64,000 nucleotides of DNA from an uncultured Candidatus Binatia bacterium (GCA_964291295.2 OZ219754.1:1344001-1408000); one strand, 5' to 3'. Positions 31,001-46,837 are shown, numbered from the stretch's first letter. Translations and numbers: made by a program. Notes: generated by a model not told the origin, from the letters alone.

Positions 31001-32161
31001 GCCGTCAAGCGGCTGAAGGAGTTGCTGGCGGGCAGCCGCGCCGCGGCGCGGCTCACGGACGAGAACCGCAAGGTCCTGATCGCCAAGGGTGACGAACTGA
31101 CCGGGGAGATTCTCGACCGCATCCCCCTTTCCTTTCTCGCGGATGTCAAGCTGGACGATCCGGAGCGGCAGAGCGAGGCGGCGCGGGTGGTTGCCAGCGC
31201 CATGGCGCAGGTCGAGTCCCTGAAGGTCCGCTTTCAGGACAAGATCAGCCGGTTGACCAGCGGCGACGAACTGCCTCCCGGCATGATCAAGATGGTGAAG
31301 GTGCTGGTGGCCATCAAGCGCAAGCTGCAGGTGGGCGACAAGATGGCGGGACGTCACGGCAACAAGGGCGTCATTTCCTGCATCCTGGCGGAAGAGGACA
31401 TGCCGTACCTGGGCGACGGGACTCCCGTGGACATGGTGCTGAACCCGCTGGGTGTGCCGTCGCGCATGAATGTCGGTCAGATCCTGGAAGCCCACCTGGG
31501 TTGGGCGGCACGCAGCCTGGGCCAGCAGATCCAGGCGCTTCTCGACCAGAACTCGGGGGCGGTCACGGCCCGGCTGAAGGACTGTCTGGGTGAGGGCGAA
31601 TCGAGCAAGGTCGGTCTCGACGAACTGCCCGCGGAAGACGTGCGCCGTCTGGCGGCGAAATACCGGGAGGGCGTCCATCTGGCCTCGCCGGTGTTCGACG
31701 GCGCCCGGGAAGAGGAGATATTCAACCTCCTGAAGAAGGCGGGTCTGCCGGTTACCGGCCAGGTGACCCTGTATGACGGCCGCAACGGTGAGCCCTTCGA
31801 CGAGAAGGTGACCGTCGGCGTCATGTACATGATGAAGCTGCATCACCTGGTGGACGACAAGATCCATGCCCGCTCCACCGGCCCCTACTCGCTGGTGACC
31901 CAGCAGCCGCTCGGCGGCAAGGCGCAGTTCGGCGGTCAGCGCCTGGGCGAGATGGAGGTGTGGGCCCTCGAAGCGTACGGGGCGGCCTATACGCTGCAGG
32001 AGATGTTGACGGTGAAGTCGGACGATGTGGCGGGCCGCACCCGCATGTACGAAGGCATCTTCAAGGGCGATCAATTTCTCGAGCCGGGACTGCCGGAGTC
32101 CTTCAACGTCATGGTCAAGGAATTGCAGAGCCTGTGCCTTGACCTGGAGTTGGTGGAGTAG
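28067..32161 (+). CDS. rpoB: DNA-directed RNA polymerase subunit beta
   Basis: [33 protein letters not shown] and GGQRLGEME motifs. ATG 28067 follows GGGGAG. Confidence 0.99.
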   Translation: MPVQVANNVRLRRGFGRTRKIIDLPYLVEIQRNSYDLFLQREVPEDQRQDIGLQAVFKSVFPIRDFNDTASLEYVSYSLGEPKYDVDECHERGMNFAAPLKVTVRLVLWDVDAQSDSRSIRNVKEQEVYFGEVPLMTRNGTFMINGTERVIVSQLHRSPGVFFEHDKGKTHASGKFLYSARVIPYRGSWLDFEFDPKDILFVRIDRRRKLHVTVLLRALGMEPEELLQYFYKTDTVECGGDRPMLDVKPRQLLGLKATCDVRDPATNNLIVREGRRFTRAVMRQIENAQIRQVPITWEDVVGRVAAHDIVDPKSSQVIVECNEAITQESLDHIRDSRVGRFEVFFLDDAETGPFLRNTLLQDKMQSSEEALKEIYRRLRPGDPPTRETAATFFKNLFFSADRYDLSRVGRLKLNHRLKLDAPLEHGVLRKEDILEVVRYLIVLRNGGGSVDDIDHLGNRRVRPVGELVENHFRIGLVRMERAIKEKMSLQDIDTLMPQEFINHKPVSAALKEFFGSSQLSQFLDQTNPLSEITHKRRLSALGPGGLTRERAGFEVRDVHPTHYGRVCPIETPEGPNIGLIASLSTYARVNEFGFIETPYREVLEGRVTDRIRFLSALEEEDHVIAQANAALDSEGRFAQDLVSARKSGEFVMAHPDSVNFMDVSPNQLVSVAASLIPFLENDDANRALMGSNMQRQAVPLLRPEAPLVGTGMEQVVARDSGATVVAARSGTVESVDSTRIVIKADQASGAYADTGVDIYSLVKYQRSNQNTCINQRPIARVGDYVNEGDVVADGPSTEIGDLALGRNLLVALMPWGGYNFEDSILISERVVKEDIYTSVHIEEFECVSRDTKLGPEEITRDIPNAGDEALKDLDESGVIRIGAEVKPGDVLVGKITPKGETQLSPEEKLLRAIFGEKAGEVRDSSLKVPPGVEGTVINVRIFSRKGIDKDERTRDIESQEVARLNKDQHDQVRIVQDGAVKRLKELLAGSRAAARLTDENRKVLIAKGDELTGEILDRIPLSFLADVKLDDPERQSEAARVVASAMAQVESLKVRFQDKISRLTSGDELPPGMIKMVKVLVAIKRKLQVGDKMAGRHGNKGVISCILAEEDMPYLGDGTPVDMVLNPLGVPSRMNVGQILEAHLGWAARSLGQQIQALLDQNSGAVTARLKDCLGEGESSKVGLDELPAEDVRRLAAKYREGVHLASPVFDGAREEEIFNLLKKAGLPVTGQVTLYDGRNGEPFDEKVTVGVMYMMKLHHLVDDKIHARSTGPYSLVTQQPLGGKAQFGGQRLGEMEVWALEAYGAAYTLQEMLTVKSDDVAGRTRMYEGIFKGDQFLEPGLPESFNVMVKELQSLCLDLELVE

Positions 32162-32169
32162 GAGGCATC

Positions 32170-36297
<4,128 letters not shown>

Positions 36298-36299
36298 GG

Positions 36300-36328
36300 T
36301 TGACACTTCGCGGAAGTTTCGATAAGTT
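36300..36328 (+). promoter_or_regulatory. Sigma70-type promoter of the str (rpsL) operon
   Basis: TTGACA, 17 nt spacer, TAAGTT, immediately after the rpoC stop. Confidence 0.7.
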
Positions 36329-36435
36329 GGGCGGTTTATTGCAGCGACATTGCGAGAACGGGCGAAGACAGCCGACGACGGACCGGATCAAGACGGACAA
36401 TCAGGGACAAGCATAGAAATCGACAGACAGTCATC

Positions 36436-36807
36436 ATGCCTACGATAAACCAATTGGTCCGCAAGGGACGCGAAATACAGCGGCAGAAGAACACCGCGCC
36501 GGCACTCCAGGGCTGCCCGCAGAAGCGCGGCGTGTGTACCCGGGTTTATACCTCGACTCCGAAAAAGCCCAACTCGGCGCTGCGCAAGGTGGCCCGGGTA
36601 CGCTTGACCAACGGTACGGAGGTGACTTCCTACATTCCCGGCATCGGGCACAATCTGCAGGAGCACTCCGTGGTCCTTATCCGGGGCGGCCGGGTCAAGG
36701 ATCTGCCGGGCGTACGCTACCACATCATCCGTGGCGCGCTGGACTCCATCGGCGTTCAGGAACGCCGCCAGGGGCGCTCGAAGTACGGCACCAAGAAACC
36801 GAAGTAG
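36436..36807 (+). CDS. rpsL: 30S ribosomal protein S12
   Basis: [23 protein letters not shown] and [12 protein letters not shown]. Confidence 0.99.
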   Translation: MPTINQLVRKGREIQRQKNTAPALQGCPQKRGVCTRVYTSTPKKPNSALRKVARVRLTNGTEVTSYIPGIGHNLQEHSVVLIRGGRVKDLPGVRYHIIRGALDSIGVQERRQGRSKYGTKKPK

Positions 36808-36811
36808 GGAT

Positions 36812-37282
36812 ATGCCGCGCAAGGGTGAAATCAAGCGGCGGGAATTGCTCCCCGACCCCAAGTACGGCGACAAGCTGGTCACGAAGTTCATCAACAACAT
36901 GATGGGCCGTGGCAAGAAGAGCATCGCCGAGGGGATCCTGTATCGAGCGCTGGACATTATCGCGGGCAGGACCCGGACCGAACCGCTGGGCGTCTTCAAG
37001 CGGGCCGTGGACAACGTCAAGCCCATGGTGGAAGTTCGTTCCCGGCGGGTCGGAGGCGCCACCTACCAGGTGCCGGTGGAGGTGCGTCCCGACCGGCGGC
37101 TTTCGCTCAGCCTGCGCTGGCTGATCGGTGCGGCCAGGGCCAGAAGCGAAAAGGCCATGGACGAGAAGCTGGCCGGAGAGTTGATGGACGCCGCCGAGCA
37201 GCGGGGCAACGCTGTCAAGAGGAAGGACGACACGCACAGAATGGCCGAGGCGAACCGCGCGTTCGCCCATTACCGCTGGTAG
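36812..37282 (+). CDS. rpsG: 30S ribosomal protein S7
   Basis: [16 protein letters not shown] and [15 protein letters not shown]. Confidence 0.99.
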   Translation: MPRKGEIKRRELLPDPKYGDKLVTKFINNMMGRGKKSIAEGILYRALDIIAGRTRTEPLGVFKRAVDNVKPMVEVRSRRVGGATYQVPVEVRPDRRLSLSLRWLIGAARARSEKAMDEKLAGELMDAAEQRGNAVKRKDDTHRMAEANRAFAHYRW

Positions 37283-37307
37283 AAACCAGGTCCATCCACG
37301 TCCGTTC

Positions 37308-37343
37308 AAGGAGGCGGTAGAATCGAAACCGCCTCCTTTTTTT
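37308..37343 (+). terminator. Intrinsic terminator-like hairpin with U-tract between rpsG and fusA
   Basis: aaGGAGGCGGT-agaatcgaa-ACCGCCTCC-TTTTTTT: a perfect GC-rich stem followed by 7 T. Confidence 0.75.
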
Positions 37344-37362
37344 GCCGTCGTGAAGACACGAG

Positions 37363-39447
37363 ATGAATAGAAAGATACCACTCGACCGGACCCGCAACAT
37401 CGGCATCATGGCCCACATTGATGCGGGCAAGACCACCACGACGGAGCGCGTGTTGTTCTATACCGGCATCAACTACAAGCTGGGCGAGGTGCATGACGGC
37501 ACCGCGACCATGGACTGGATGGTCCAGGAACAGGAGCGGGGAATCACCATCACCTCGGCGGCCACGACGTGCCACTGGCGGGACCACCGGATCAACATCA
37601 TCGACACCCCGGGCCACGTGGACTTCACCATCGAGGTGGAACGGTCGCTGCGTGTGCTGGACGGCGCCGTCGCGGTGTTCTGCGCGGTCGGGGGCGTGGA
37701 GCCCCAGTCCGAGACCGTGTGGCGCCAGGCCGACAAGTACGGCGTACCCAGGATCGCCTACATCAACAAGATGGACCGGGTCGGCGCGGACTTTTTCCGC
37801 GTGGTGAAGATGCTTGAGGAGCGGCTGGGGGCGCGTCCGCTCGTGATCCAGCTCCCGGTGGGGTCCGAAGACCGTTTCCAGGGGGTCGTGGACCTCGTGC
37901 GCATGAAGGCGATTCTGTGGGACAACGAGAACCTCGGCGCCAGCTTCCGGGTCGACTCGATACCGGCCGACCTGCGGGCCCGGGCGGACGAGTATCGCGA
38001 ACTCATGCTGGAGACGCTGGCGGACTGCGATGATGCCATCATGACGGCGTATCTCCAGGGTGACGAAATCTCCGACGAGTGGCTGGCCCGCGCCATCCGG
38101 GCCGCGGGGCTGAAGCTCCGGCTCGTGCCGGTGCTGTGCGGTGCCGCATTCCGGAACAAGGGCGTGCAAACGTTGCTGGACGCGGTCGTCGACTATCTCC
38201 CCTCGCCGCTGGACGTGCCGCCGATTCGCGGCACGGAACCGGACAGCGGCGAAGAGGAGGAACGGGTGACCTCGGACGACGCGCCTTTCTCCGCCTTGGC
38301 GTTCAAGATCATGGCCGATCCTTTCGTGGGGTCGTTGACGTTTTTCCGGGTCTATTCCGGAGTCCGCAAGTCCGGTGCGTTCGTCTACAACGCCTCCACC
38401 GGTCAGCGGGAGCGCCTGGGTCGTATCCTCAAGATGCACGCCAACAAGCGGGAGGAGACCGACGAGGTGTGCGCCGGCGACATCGCTGCGGCGGTGGGTC
38501 TGCGCAGCGCCAAGACGGGCGACACGCTCTGTGACGAGCACAGTCCCATTCTCCTGGAGTCCATCGACTTTCCGGAACCCGTCATCGCCATCGCCATCGA
38601 GCCGAAATCTCGTGACGACCAGGAAAAGCTGGCGTCCTCCCTCCAGAAGCTGGCCAAGGAGGATCCCTCCTTCAGGGTGACCGCCGACAACGAGACCGGT
38701 CAGACCCTGATCTCGGGCATGGGAGAGCTGCACCTCGAGGTCATCGTGGACCGGCTGCTGCGGGAATTCAGGGTGGACGCCAACGTCGGCAGGCCGCAGG
38801 TGGCGTACAAGGAGACCCTGCGCCGGACCGTGGAGCAGGAAGGCCGGTTCGTCCGCCAGTCCGGCGGGCGCGGGCAGTTCGGCCACGTCTTTCTGCGCCT
38901 CGAGCCCCAGCCGACGGGCAGCGGGTTCGAGTTCGTCAACGCCATCAAGGGTGGCGCGATACCGCAGGAATACGTCCCCGCGGTCCGGAACGGTATTGTC
39001 CAGGCCATGACCCGCGGCGGTCCGGTAGGATATCCCGTGGTGGATGTGAAGGCCACGCTTCTGGACGGCAGCTACCACGAAGTGGACTCTTCGGAGATGG
39101 CGTTCACCATCGCCGCCTCCATGGCCTTCAGGGAGGCGTTGCGCAAGGCCTCCCCGGTGTTGCTGGAGCCGGTTATGGATGTGGAGGTGGTGGTGCCGGA
39201 GGAATTCATGGGCGACGTTATCGGCGACATCGTCTCGCGCCGCGGCAAGATCCTGGGAATGACCGCCAGAGGCGGCGCGCAAGTGGTGGAGTCGCGCGTT
39301 CCCCTGTCGCGGATGTTTGGTTACGCCACGGACCTCAGGTCGAGGACCCAGGGCCGGGCGACCTACACGATGCAGTTCGCATGCTACGAGGAAGTGCCGG
39401 AAACCGCCAGGGAAGACATGCTCGGCGCGGAGGCGTGTGTCTCGTGA
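37363..39447 (+). CDS. fusA: Elongation factor G
   Basis: [26 protein letters not shown] and GMGELHLE motifs. Confidence 0.99.
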   Translation: MNRKIPLDRTRNIGIMAHIDAGKTTTTERVLFYTGINYKLGEVHDGTATMDWMVQEQERGITITSAATTCHWRDHRINIIDTPGHVDFTIEVERSLRVLDGAVAVFCAVGGVEPQSETVWRQADKYGVPRIAYINKMDRVGADFFRVVKMLEERLGARPLVIQLPVGSEDRFQGVVDLVRMKAILWDNENLGASFRVDSIPADLRARADEYRELMLETLADCDDAIMTAYLQGDEISDEWLARAIRAAGLKLRLVPVLCGAAFRNKGVQTLLDAVVDYLPSPLDVPPIRGTEPDSGEEEERVTSDDAPFSALAFKIMADPFVGSLTFFRVYSGVRKSGAFVYNASTGQRERLGRILKMHANKREETDEVCAGDIAAAVGLRSAKTGDTLCDEHSPILLESIDFPEPVIAIAIEPKSRDDQEKLASSLQKLAKEDPSFRVTADNETGQTLISGMGELHLEVIVDRLLREFRVDANVGRPQVAYKETLRRTVEQEGRFVRQSGGRGQFGHVFLRLEPQPTGSGFEFVNAIKGGAIPQEYVPAVRNGIVQAMTRGGPVGYPVVDVKATLLDGSYHEVDSSEMAFTIAASMAFREALRKASPVLLEPVMDVEVVVPEEFMGDVIGDIVSRRGKILGMTARGGAQVVESRVPLSRMFGYATDLRSRTQGRATYTMQFACYEEVPETAREDMLGAEACVS

Positions 39448-39480
39448 CCCACGCGCGCGCGATTCGACAGGGGTAAGGGT

Positions 39481-39789
39481 GTGAACGAGAAAATCCGCAT
39501 TCGGCTCCGGGCCTACGACCATCGGGTCCTCGACCAGTCGGTGGGCGAGATCGTCGAGACCGTCAAGAGGACCGGAGGGCGGGTCGCCGGCCCCATCCCC
39601 CTTCCGACGCGAATCGAGAGGTTCACGGTGAACCGGTCCCCGCACGTGGACAAGAAGTCCCGGGAGCAGTTCGAGGTGCGTACCCACAAGCGGTTGCTGG
39701 ACATTCTCGAGCCCACCCAGCAGACCATCGACGCCTTGGGCAAGCTGGACTTGGCGGCCGGCGTCGATGTGGAGATCAAGCTTCAGTAG
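39481..39789 (+). CDS. rpsJ: 30S ribosomal protein S10
   Basis: [16 protein letters not shown] and [17 protein letters not shown] start. Confidence 0.98.
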   Translation: MNEKIRIRLRAYDHRVLDQSVGEIVETVKRTGGRVAGPIPLPTRIERFTVNRSPHVDKKSREQFEVRTHKRLLDILEPTQQTIDALGKLDLAAGVDVEIKLQ

Positions 39790-39798
39790 GCTGGAACG

Positions 39799-40431
39799 AT
39801 GACAGGTCTCATAGGAAAGAAGATCGGCATGAGCCAGCGTTTCGACGACACGGGCAACGTGGTGCCCGTGACGGTGGTGGAAACCGGTCCGTGCGTGGTG
39901 GTGCAGAAGAAGGATGTGGCCCGGGATGGCTACAACGCTCTGCAGCTCGGCTTCGGGAGGCAGAAGAACCAGCGCGTCAACCGTCCGCTGCGGGGCCACA
40001 TGGCCAAGGCCGAGAAGGGCTCCTTCCGGGTGCTTCGGGAGTTCAGGGTGGATGACGTCTCTGGCTACGAGGTGGGCCAGGAGCTCGCGGTGGCGGATCT
40101 GGTCAAGCCGGGAGACCGGGTGGATGTCACCGGCACCTCCAAGGGCCGGGGCTTCGCCGGTGTCATGAAGCGCTGGGACTTTCGCGGGTTTTCCCGGACC
40201 CACGGCACCCACGAGTACTTTCGGCACGGCGGCTCCATCGGCAATCGTTCCTATCCGGGCAAGGTCTTCAAGGGCAAGAGGATGGCCGGGCATTGGGGAA
40301 GCGAGAGAGTATCGATCCAGAACCTTCGGGTGGTCGAGGTCCGTCCCGAAGAGAACCTGCTTCTGGTCAAGGGCGCCATTCCGGGAGCGAACGGCGGCCT
40401 GGTGCTGGTCCGGCGGGCCGTCAAGGGGTAG
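39799..40431 (+). CDS. rplC: 50S ribosomal protein L3
   Basis: GLIGKKIGMS, SKGRGFAGVMKR and PGKVFKGKRMAG. Confidence 0.98.
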   Translation: MTGLIGKKIGMSQRFDDTGNVVPVTVVETGPCVVVQKKDVARDGYNALQLGFGRQKNQRVNRPLRGHMAKAEKGSFRVLREFRVDDVSGYEVGQELAVADLVKPGDRVDVTGTSKGRGFAGVMKRWDFRGFSRTHGTHEYFRHGGSIGNRSYPGKVFKGKRMAGHWGSERVSIQNLRVVEVRPEENLLLVKGAIPGANGGLVLVRRAVKG

Positions 40432-40436
40432 GGGGA

Positions 40437-41033
40437 ATGGAATTTCGCAGGATCGAGCCGGTGCTTTCGGAGGGTATATTCGGTGTGGCGGTTCGCCCGC
40501 ACCTGCTGCATCAGGCGGTGGTCATGCAGTTGAACAACCGGCGCGCCGGCACGGCGTCCACCAAGACCCGCGGTCGTGTCCGCGGCAGCGGCAGGAAGCC
40601 GTGGCGCCAGAAGGGTTCGGGGCGGGCCCGTGCCGGCAGCGTGCGGTCGCCCATCTGGGTCGGTGGCGGAACCGTCTTCGGACCCCTGCCCCGGGACTAT
40701 TCGTACCGGATACCCAAGAAGGCCCGCCGCCAGGCGATCCTGTCCGCCCTCAGCCTGAAGCGCCGGGAAGAGAAGCTGGTGGTGGTGGAGCCCGAAGCGG
40801 TGTCCGAGATCAAGACCCGCCTCATGGCCGAGGCGCTGGCGGCGCTGGGGGTCGGGCGCTCGTTGCTGGTGATCGCCGAGGGCGACGAGAAGATCGAGTT
40901 GTCGGCGCGCAATCTGCCGAACGTGAAAGTGTTGCGGGTGGTCGGGCTGAATGTCTACGACCTGCTCCGTTTCGAATACCTGGTGCTGACTCGAGGGGCG
41001 TTGCAGAAGATCGAAGAGAGGTTTTCGCAATGA
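40437..41033 (+). CDS. rplD: 50S ribosomal protein L4
   Basis: [30 protein letters not shown] and SARNLP motifs. Confidence 0.97.
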   Translation: MEFRRIEPVLSEGIFGVAVRPHLLHQAVVMQLNNRRAGTASTKTRGRVRGSGRKPWRQKGSGRARAGSVRSPIWVGGGTVFGPLPRDYSYRIPKKARRQAILSALSLKRREEKLVVVEPEAVSEIKTRLMAEALAALGVGRSLLVIAEGDEKIELSARNLPNVKVLRVVGLNVYDLLRFEYLVLTRGALQKIEERFSQ

Positions 41034-41320
41034 GGGGCGTTCGGGATGCCGTTCTCGGTCCGCTGATCTCGGAGAAGGGTTCGATGCTGGCGGAGTCGTC
41101 GAACCAGGTAATTTTCAAGGTCCGCCCGGATGCCAACAAGATAGAGATCCGGAAACAGGTGGAGGCGCTGTTCAAGGTCACGGTGCTGGAGGTGAGGACC
41201 GCGCGCTACCTGGGCAAGATGCGCCGTGTCCGCAGGAACACCGGACGGTTGCCGCTGTGGAAGAAGGCGTTCGTCACCCTGAAGGAAGGCGATCGCATCG
41301 ACTTCTTCGGTGTCGGATAG
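41030..41320 (+). CDS. rplW: 50S ribosomal protein L23
   Basis: PLISEKG, ANKIEIR and [12 protein letters not shown] overlap with rplD. Confidence 0.96.
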   Translation: MRGVRDAVLGPLISEKGSMLAESSNQVIFKVRPDANKIEIRKQVEALFKVTVLEVRTARYLGKMRRVRRNTGRLPLWKKAFVTLKEGDRIDFFGVG

Positions 41321-41335
41321 GGAGGGTTGTCGTCC

Positions 41336-42163
41336 ATGTCCATCAAGAGCCGCCGTCCGACGTCTCCGGGACGCCGTTTTTCCACCGGTTTCGGGTTCGA
41401 GGAAATAACCGGGGATTCGCCGCACAAGGCGTTGTTGCGGCCGCTCAAGGGTCATGGTGGACGCAACAACACCGGCAGGATCACCAAGGACCACCGCGGC
41501 GGCGGGCACAAGCGGCGTTATCGCTCCATCGACTTCAAGCGGGACAAGAAGGGAGTCGCCGGCCGGGTCGAGTCCATCGAGTACGATCCGAATCGCTCGG
41601 CCCGGGTGGCGCTCGTCTGCTACCTCGACGGCGAGCGGCGCTACATCCTGGCCCCGAACAAGCTCAAGGTGGGAAGCCGGATCGTCTCCGGCGACCAGGA
41701 TGTGGACATCCAGCCGGGGAATTCCATGCCCCTGCGGTACGTCCCCACCGGAACGCTGGTCCACAATGTCGAGTTGAAGGCCGGCAAGGGAGGGCAGATC
41801 GTCCGCACGGCGGGTGCCTCGGCCCAGGTGATGGCCAAGGAGGGGTTCTATACGCTGCTCAAGCTGCCGTCCGGGGAGTTGCGCAATGTGCGCTCCGAGT
41901 GCCGCGCCACCATCGGCGAGGTGGGCAACAGCGACTACGAGAATGTGACCTATGGAAAGGCGGGCCGGTCCCGCTGGATGGGCCGCCGGCCAGTCACCCG
42001 GGGCATCGCCAAGAACCCCGTCGATCATCCGCACGGCGGCGGCGAGGGCCAGTCCAAGGGCAATCACCCGCAGACGCCTTGGGGCAAGCCCACCAAGGGC
42101 TATCGGACCCGCGGCGTCAAGCCGTCCGACAAGTACATCGTGAAGCGCAGAAAGGGACAGTAG
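41336..42163 (+). CDS. rplB: 50S ribosomal protein L2
   Basis: [18 protein letters not shown] and DHPHGGGEG. Confidence 0.98.
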   Translation: MSIKSRRPTSPGRRFSTGFGFEEITGDSPHKALLRPLKGHGGRNNTGRITKDHRGGGHKRRYRSIDFKRDKKGVAGRVESIEYDPNRSARVALVCYLDGERRYILAPNKLKVGSRIVSGDQDVDIQPGNSMPLRYVPTGTLVHNVELKAGKGGQIVRTAGASAQVMAKEGFYTLLKLPSGELRNVRSECRATIGEVGNSDYENVTYGKAGRSRWMGRRPVTRGIAKNPVDHPHGGGEGQSKGNHPQTPWGKPTKGYRTRGVKPSDKYIVKRRKGQ

Positions 42164-42165
42164 CC

Positions 42166-42456
42166 ATGGCTCGTTCGATCAAGAAGGGTCCTTTCGTGGA
42201 CGACCACCTGGAGCGCAAGATCGAGGAGATGAACCGGTCCCAGGCCCGTCGGGTGGTCAAGACCTGGTCCCGGCGTTCCACTGTCACCCCGGACATGATC
42301 GGTCATACCATTGCGGTGCACAACGGGCGCAAGTTCCTGCCGGTCTTCGTGACCGAGAACATGGTGGGGCACAAGCTCGGAGAGTTCTCGCCCACGCGTA
42401 CGTTTCACGGCCACGCGGGCGACCGCCGGGGCGACGCCCGGGGCGTGAGGAGATAG
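42166..42456 (+). CDS. rpsS: 30S ribosomal protein S19
   Basis: [19 protein letters not shown] and [11 protein letters not shown]. Confidence 0.98.
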   Translation: MARSIKKGPFVDDHLERKIEEMNRSQARRVVKTWSRRSTVTPDMIGHTIAVHNGRKFLPVFVTENMVGHKLGEFSPTRTFHGHAGDRRGDARGVRR

Positions 42457-42459
42457 GGA

Positions 42460-42795
42460 ATGGAGGCCCGCGCGGTTACGAAGTTTGCTCGAGTCTCGCC
42501 GCGCAAGATGAGGCTCGTGGTGGACCAGGTAAGAGGCCGGTCGGTGGAGGACGCGCTGACGATTCTCAAGTTCGTGCCCAAGGGCTGCGCGGGCATCGTC
42601 GCCAAGACCCTCCGGTCGGCGGTGGCCAACGCGGAGAACACGCAAAACGTGGACGTGGATCTTCTGTATGTCAAGACGGCCGAAGTCGGCCAGGCGGGGA
42701 TGTGGAAGCGGTTCATGCCGCGCGGCATGGGCCGTGCCAACCGAATCCGCAAGCGCCTCAGTCATCTGACCGTTGTCGTTGACGAAAGGGCCTGA
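42460..42795 (+). CDS. rplV: 50S ribosomal protein L22
   Basis: [17 protein letters not shown] and PRGMGRA. Confidence 0.97.
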   Translation: MEARAVTKFARVSPRKMRLVVDQVRGRSVEDALTILKFVPKGCAGIVAKTLRSAVANAENTQNVDVDLLYVKTAEVGQAGMWKRFMPRGMGRANRIRKRLSHLTVVVDERA

Positions 42796-42797
42796 GC

Positions 42798-43460
42798 ATG
42801 GGACAGAAAACGCACCCCAAGGTTTTCCGCATGCGCGTCATCGAGTCATGGGACTCGAAGTGGTACGGGGGACACGACTACGCCGAGCTGCTGCACGAGG
42901 ATCTCCGGATCAAGGGTTTCATCAAGGAGCGGCTTCATCACGCGGGCATCTCCAGGATCGAGATCGAACGGGCCACCAACAAGGCCAAGATCAACATCCA
43001 CACGGCTCGTCCCGGCATCGTCATCGGCAAGAAGGGTGCGGAGATCGAGAAGCTCAAGGGCGAGTTGGGCAAACTCTCCACGCGGGAAGTCTTCATCAAT
43101 ATCCATGAGGTGAGAAGGCCCGACCTGGATGCGCAGCTGGTGGCGGAAAACGTCGCCCTGCAGCTCGAACGGCGCGTGGCGTTCCGCCGGGCCATGAAGG
43201 AGAGCGTTTCCCGGGCATTGCGAATGGGCGCCCAGGGTATCCGGGTGCAGTGCGGCGGCCGGCTGGGAGGCCAGGAGATCGCGCGCAGGGAATGGTATCG
43301 CGAAGGACGTGTACCGCTGCATACGTTGCGCGCCGACGTGAGCTACGGTCTCGCCGAGGCCAAGACCACCTACGGCGTCATCGGCGTCAAGGCGTGGATC
43401 TTCCGCGGCGAGATCCTGACGAAGCAGGAAGAGCAGCAGAAGGCCTCCCTGGGGCTGTAG
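42798..43460 (+). CDS. rpsC: 30S ribosomal protein S3
   Basis: MGQKTHP, KH domain [10 protein letters not shown] and [10 protein letters not shown]. Confidence 0.98.
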   Translation: MGQKTHPKVFRMRVIESWDSKWYGGHDYAELLHEDLRIKGFIKERLHHAGISRIEIERATNKAKINIHTARPGIVIGKKGAEIEKLKGELGKLSTREVFINIHEVRRPDLDAQLVAENVALQLERRVAFRRAMKESVSRALRMGAQGIRVQCGGRLGGQEIARREWYREGRVPLHTLRADVSYGLAEAKTTYGVIGVKAWIFRGEILTKQEEQQKASLGL

Positions 43461-43479
43461 GCCGTGGGCGGATCGAACC

Positions 43480-43884
43480 ATGCTTGAGCCAAAGAAGATC
43501 AAGTACCGCAAGGTGCAGAAGGGGCGCCGGGGCGGGTTTGCCGGACGCGGTTCCAGCCTCGCCTTCGGCGACTACGGCCTGAAGTCCGTGGACCGGGGTT
43601 ACGTGACGGCGCGCCAGATCGAAGCCGCCCGAATCGCGCTGACCCGTTACCTGAAGCGCCATGGGAAGATCTGGATCCGGATCTTTCCCGACAAGCCCAC
43701 CACCAAGAAGCCCGCCGAGGTCCGGATGGGCAAGGGCAAGGGGCCGCTGCACGCCTGGGTGGCGGTGGTCAAGCCGGGCAGGCTGTTGTTCGAGATCGAG
43801 GGGGTCCAGCGGGACGCGGCCAAGGAAGCGTTCCGGCTCGCCTCGTGCAAGCTGGGTCTGGCCACCGCGTTCGTGGAGCGGTAA
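43480..43884 (+). CDS. rplP: 50S ribosomal protein L16
   Basis: [17 protein letters not shown] and RMGKGKG. Confidence 0.98.
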   Translation: MLEPKKIKYRKVQKGRRGGFAGRGSSLAFGDYGLKSVDRGYVTARQIEAARIALTRYLKRHGKIWIRIFPDKPTTKKPAEVRMGKGKGPLHAWVAVVKPGRLLFEIEGVQRDAAKEAFRLASCKLGLATAFVER

Positions 43885-43897
43885 GCGGGAGTTCCTG

Positions 43898-44095
43898 ATG
43901 CGCACGAAGGAGCTGCGGGATCTGAGTCGGGACGAGTTGCGGCAGAAGCGTACGGAGTTCAAGGAGCAGATATTTCATCTGACTCTGCGCCGTGCCACGG
44001 GCCAGCTCGAAAGCCCCATGAAGTTGCGGCAGTCGCGGCGCGACCTGGCCCGGGTGGAGACGATCCTGAGAGAGCGCCGGTCTTCCGGAGAGTGA
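43898..44095 (+). CDS. rpmC: 50S ribosomal protein L29
   Basis: [10 protein letters not shown]...ATGQLE...[11 protein letters not shown]; synteny. Confidence 0.95.
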   Translation: MRTKELRDLSRDELRQKRTEFKEQIFHLTLRRATGQLESPMKLRQSRRDLARVETILRERRSSGE

Positions 44096-44105
44096 GAAGG
44101 CGAAC

Positions 44106-44396
44106 ATGAGCGAGCGTGGTGTCACGAAACAGCGTGAGGGCGTGGTGCGGACCAATCGAATGACCAAGACCGTCGTCGTCGAGTTGGAACGGACCATTCT
44201 GCACGCCCGGTACAAGAAATACCTCCGGCGCAGGATCAAGGTGAAGGCCCACGACGAAAACAACCGGTGTCAGGTGGGGGATCGCGTCGTCATTGTCGAG
44301 TGCCGGCCGTTGAGCCGCCAGAAGCGGTGGCGTGTGAGCCGGATCCTGAACCGCCCCGCCGGCGCTGAGACGCCGGTGCACCGCACAGAGGTCTAG
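44106..44396 (+). CDS. rpsQ: 30S ribosomal protein S17
   Basis: [14 protein letters not shown] and ECRPLS. Confidence 0.97.
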   Translation: MSERGVTKQREGVVRTNRMTKTVVVELERTILHARYKKYLRRRIKVKAHDENNRCQVGDRVVIVECRPLSRQKRWRVSRILNRPAGAETPVHRTEV

Positions 44397-44400
44397 TTCG

Positions 44401-44769
44401 ATGATACAAGTGGGGACCGTGCTGGACGTGGCGGACAATTCGGGTGCCAGGAGAGTCCAGTGCATCAAGGTGCTTGGAGGGACGAGGCGCAAGTACGCCA
44501 CCGTTGGCGACGTCGTCGTCGTGTCCGTCAAGGAAGCGATGCCCAACTCCAGGGTGCCCAAGGGCGAAGTGGTCCGGGCGGTGGTGGTGCGCACCGCCAA
44601 GGAGCTCAGCCGGGTGGATGGTTCGTATATCCGCTTCGACAACAATTCGGCGGTGTTGATCGACAACCAGAAGGAGCCGGTGGGCACGCGAATTTTTGGC
44701 CCGGTGGCGCGGGAACTGAGGGCGAAACGGTTCATGAAGATCGTTTCGCTGGCACCGGAGGTGCTGTAG
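44401..44769 (+). CDS. rplN: 50S ribosomal protein L14
   Basis: [20 protein letters not shown] and SLAPEVL. Confidence 0.98.
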   Translation: MIQVGTVLDVADNSGARRVQCIKVLGGTRRKYATVGDVVVVSVKEAMPNSRVPKGEVVRAVVVRTAKELSRVDGSYIRFDNNSAVLIDNQKEPVGTRIFGPVARELRAKRFMKIVSLAPEVL

Positions 44770-45077
44770 TGCGGGTCCGCAAGAATGATACCGTATTGGT
44801 GGTCGCCGGCAAGGAACGGGGGAAGACCGGCAAGGTCATCAAGGTGTTGCCGAAGAAGAGCCGTTTGTTCATCGAACGGGTGAATCTCGTCAAGCGCCAC
44901 ACCCGGCCCCGCAACGCCCGGGAGCCCGGAGGGATTGCGGAGAAGGAGGCCTCGATTCACGTCTCCAACGTCATGATCATGTGCGACCCCTGCAATGCCC
45001 CGGTCCGGGTCGGCCACAAGATTCTCGAGGACGGGCAGAAGGTGCGCATTTGCCGCCGTTGCGGCCAAGGGCTGTGA
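44769..45077 (+). CDS. rplX: 50S ribosomal protein L24
   Basis: GTG start overlapping the rplN stop. KOW motif [12 protein letters not shown] and EASIHVSNV. Confidence 0.96.
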   Translation: MRVRKNDTVLVVAGKERGKTGKVIKVLPKKSRLFIERVNLVKRHTRPRNAREPGGIAEKEASIHVSNVMIMCDPCNAPVRVGHKILEDGQKVRICRRCGQGL

Positions 45078-45117
45078 TGACCCGGCAGGGCGGCCGCGCG
45101 GCGTGGATCAGGATTCG

Positions 45118-45681
45118 ATGATGGTCAGGCTGGAACAGAAATACAACGAGGCGATCGTGCCCGCCATGATGGCGCGGTTCGCCTACCGCAACAGGCTCCA
45201 GGTTCCCCGGCTGCGGCACATCTCCATCAACGTCTGCATCGGTGAGGCGGTGCAGAACGCCAAGCTGCTGGACGCCGCGGTGGCGGAGTTGGCCGCCATC
45301 AGCGGCCAGCGTCCCGTGGTGACCCGGGCGCGCAAGGACATCTCCAACTTCAAGCTCCGCCGAGGCAATCCCATCGGCTGCATGGTGACCCTGCGACGGG
45401 CGCGGATGTACGAGTTTCTGGATCGTCTGATACAGGTGGCGCTTCCCCAGGTGAGGGACTTCAAGGGCGTGTCGGACCGGTCCTTCGACGGCTGCGGCAA
45501 CTATTCGCTGGGGGTCCGCGAGCAGATCATATTTCCCGAAGTGAGAGCCGAGGCGGTGGAACGACTTCACGGGCTGACGGTGTCCATCGTGACCACCGCC
45601 CGGAGCGATGAGGAGGGCAGGGCGCTGCTCGGGCATCTCGGAATGCCGTTCACCAGGGACGGGGGTACGACAAGTGGCTAA
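45118..45681 (+). CDS. rplE: 50S ribosomal protein L5
   Basis: [17 protein letters not shown] and [15 protein letters not shown]. Confidence 0.97.
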   Translation: MMVRLEQKYNEAIVPAMMARFAYRNRLQVPRLRHISINVCIGEAVQNAKLLDAAVAELAAISGQRPVVTRARKDISNFKLRRGNPIGCMVTLRRARMYEFLDRLIQVALPQVRDFKGVSDRSFDGCGNYSLGVREQIIFPEVRAEAVERLHGLTVSIVTTARSDEEGRALLGHLGMPFTRDGGTTSG

Positions 45682-45859
45682 GAAGTGTCTGCGCATCAAG
45701 GCGGACAGGACGCCGAAGTTCAAGGTGCGACAATACAACCGCTGCACGCTTTGCGGCAGGGCCCGGGCCTTTTATCGGCGGTTCCGGATGTGCCGGATCT
45801 GCCTCCGGCTGTACGCCCGTCGGGGAGAGATTCCCGGAGTCATCAAGGCGAGCTGGTAG
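45674..45859 (+). CDS. rpsN: 30S ribosomal protein S14, type Z (61 aa, zinc-binding)
   Basis: GTG start; NRCTLCGR...MCRICLR...PGVIKASW. Confidence 0.96.
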   Translation: MAKKCLRIKADRTPKFKVRQYNRCTLCGRARAFYRRFRMCRICLRLYARRGEIPGVIKASW

Positions 45860-45874
45860 GAGGCGAGGTTCCGC

Positions 45875-46279
45875 ATGAGCATGACCGACCCCATCGCGGA
45901 TTTGCTGACACGGATGCGCAACGGCGGGATGGCGAAGCATGAAACCGTGGACGTGCCGTGGTCCCGACTCAAGGAAGAGATCGTGAAGGTGCTGGTCGCG
46001 GAAGGGTATGTGATGCAGTTCCGGCGCATCAAGGTCCGGGGCCGGGTACAGGATACGCTGCAGGTCCATCTGAAGTACGACCGGAACCATCAACCGGTGC
46101 TGAGCGAGCTGAAGCGGGTGAGCCGCCCGGGGCGGCGGGTCTATGTCGGCTACAGGGACATCCACCCGGTTCGCCGGGGCCTGGGAACCCACATCCTGTC
46201 CACCTCCAGGGGCATTGTCGCGGACCGGGAGGCGGTCAAGGCCGGGGTCGGCGGCGAATTGCTCTGTTCGGTCAGCTAG
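45875..46279 (+). CDS. rpsH: 30S ribosomal protein S8
   Basis: MTDPIADLLTRMRN, SRPGRRVY, STSRG and GGELLC. Confidence 0.98.
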   Translation: MSMTDPIADLLTRMRNGGMAKHETVDVPWSRLKEEIVKVLVAEGYVMQFRRIKVRGRVQDTLQVHLKYDRNHQPVLSELKRVSRPGRRVYVGYRDIHPVRRGLGTHILSTSRGIVADREAVKAGVGGELLCSVS

Positions 46280-46289
46280 CGGGTGTCTC

Positions 46290-46837
46290 GTGTCACGTAT
46301 AGGAAAACTGCCGATCGTCGTGCCTGGAGGCGTCAAGGTGACCCTGGAGGGCGCCGAAGTACGGCTCCATGGTCCAAGGGGGCGTTGTCCCACACCATTC
46401 CCCAGGGCATCGAGGCGGCCGTGGACGGCGCCACGCTCCGGGTCCATCGGAAGGAGGAGACCAAGGTCGCGAAGTCGCTGCACGGGCTGACCCGCAAGCT
46501 CCTGGCGAACATGGTCGAGGGCGTCAGCACCGGCTTCAGGAAGGTGCTGGAGATCAACGGCGTGGGTTACCGGGCGGAGTTCAAGGACCAGGCGCTGCAT
46601 CTGACGTTGGGATTCTCCCACCCCATCGTGTTTCCGCTGCCGGCGGGCGTATCGGCGTCGGTGGAACGGCAGACGGTGATCACCCTGGAGTCCCACGACA
46701 GGCAGGTGTTGGGTCAGGTAGCCGCCGAGGTGCGCCGTTTCCGTCCGCCGGAGCCCTACAAGGGCAAGGGTATCCGCTATCAGGGCGAGGTCGTCCAGCG
46801 GAAGGCGGGCAAGGCCATGGGCAGCGGCGGGGGCTGA
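46290..46837 (+). CDS. rplF: 50S ribosomal protein L6, split by a single-base frameshift at about 46374-46382
   Basis: GTG 46290 gives MSRIGKLPIVVPGGVKV...HGP in one frame. KGALSH...GVGYRA...PPEPYKGKG continues in another frame to the stop at 46837. The length of 548 nt is one base short of a multiple of 3. Confidence 0.93.
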
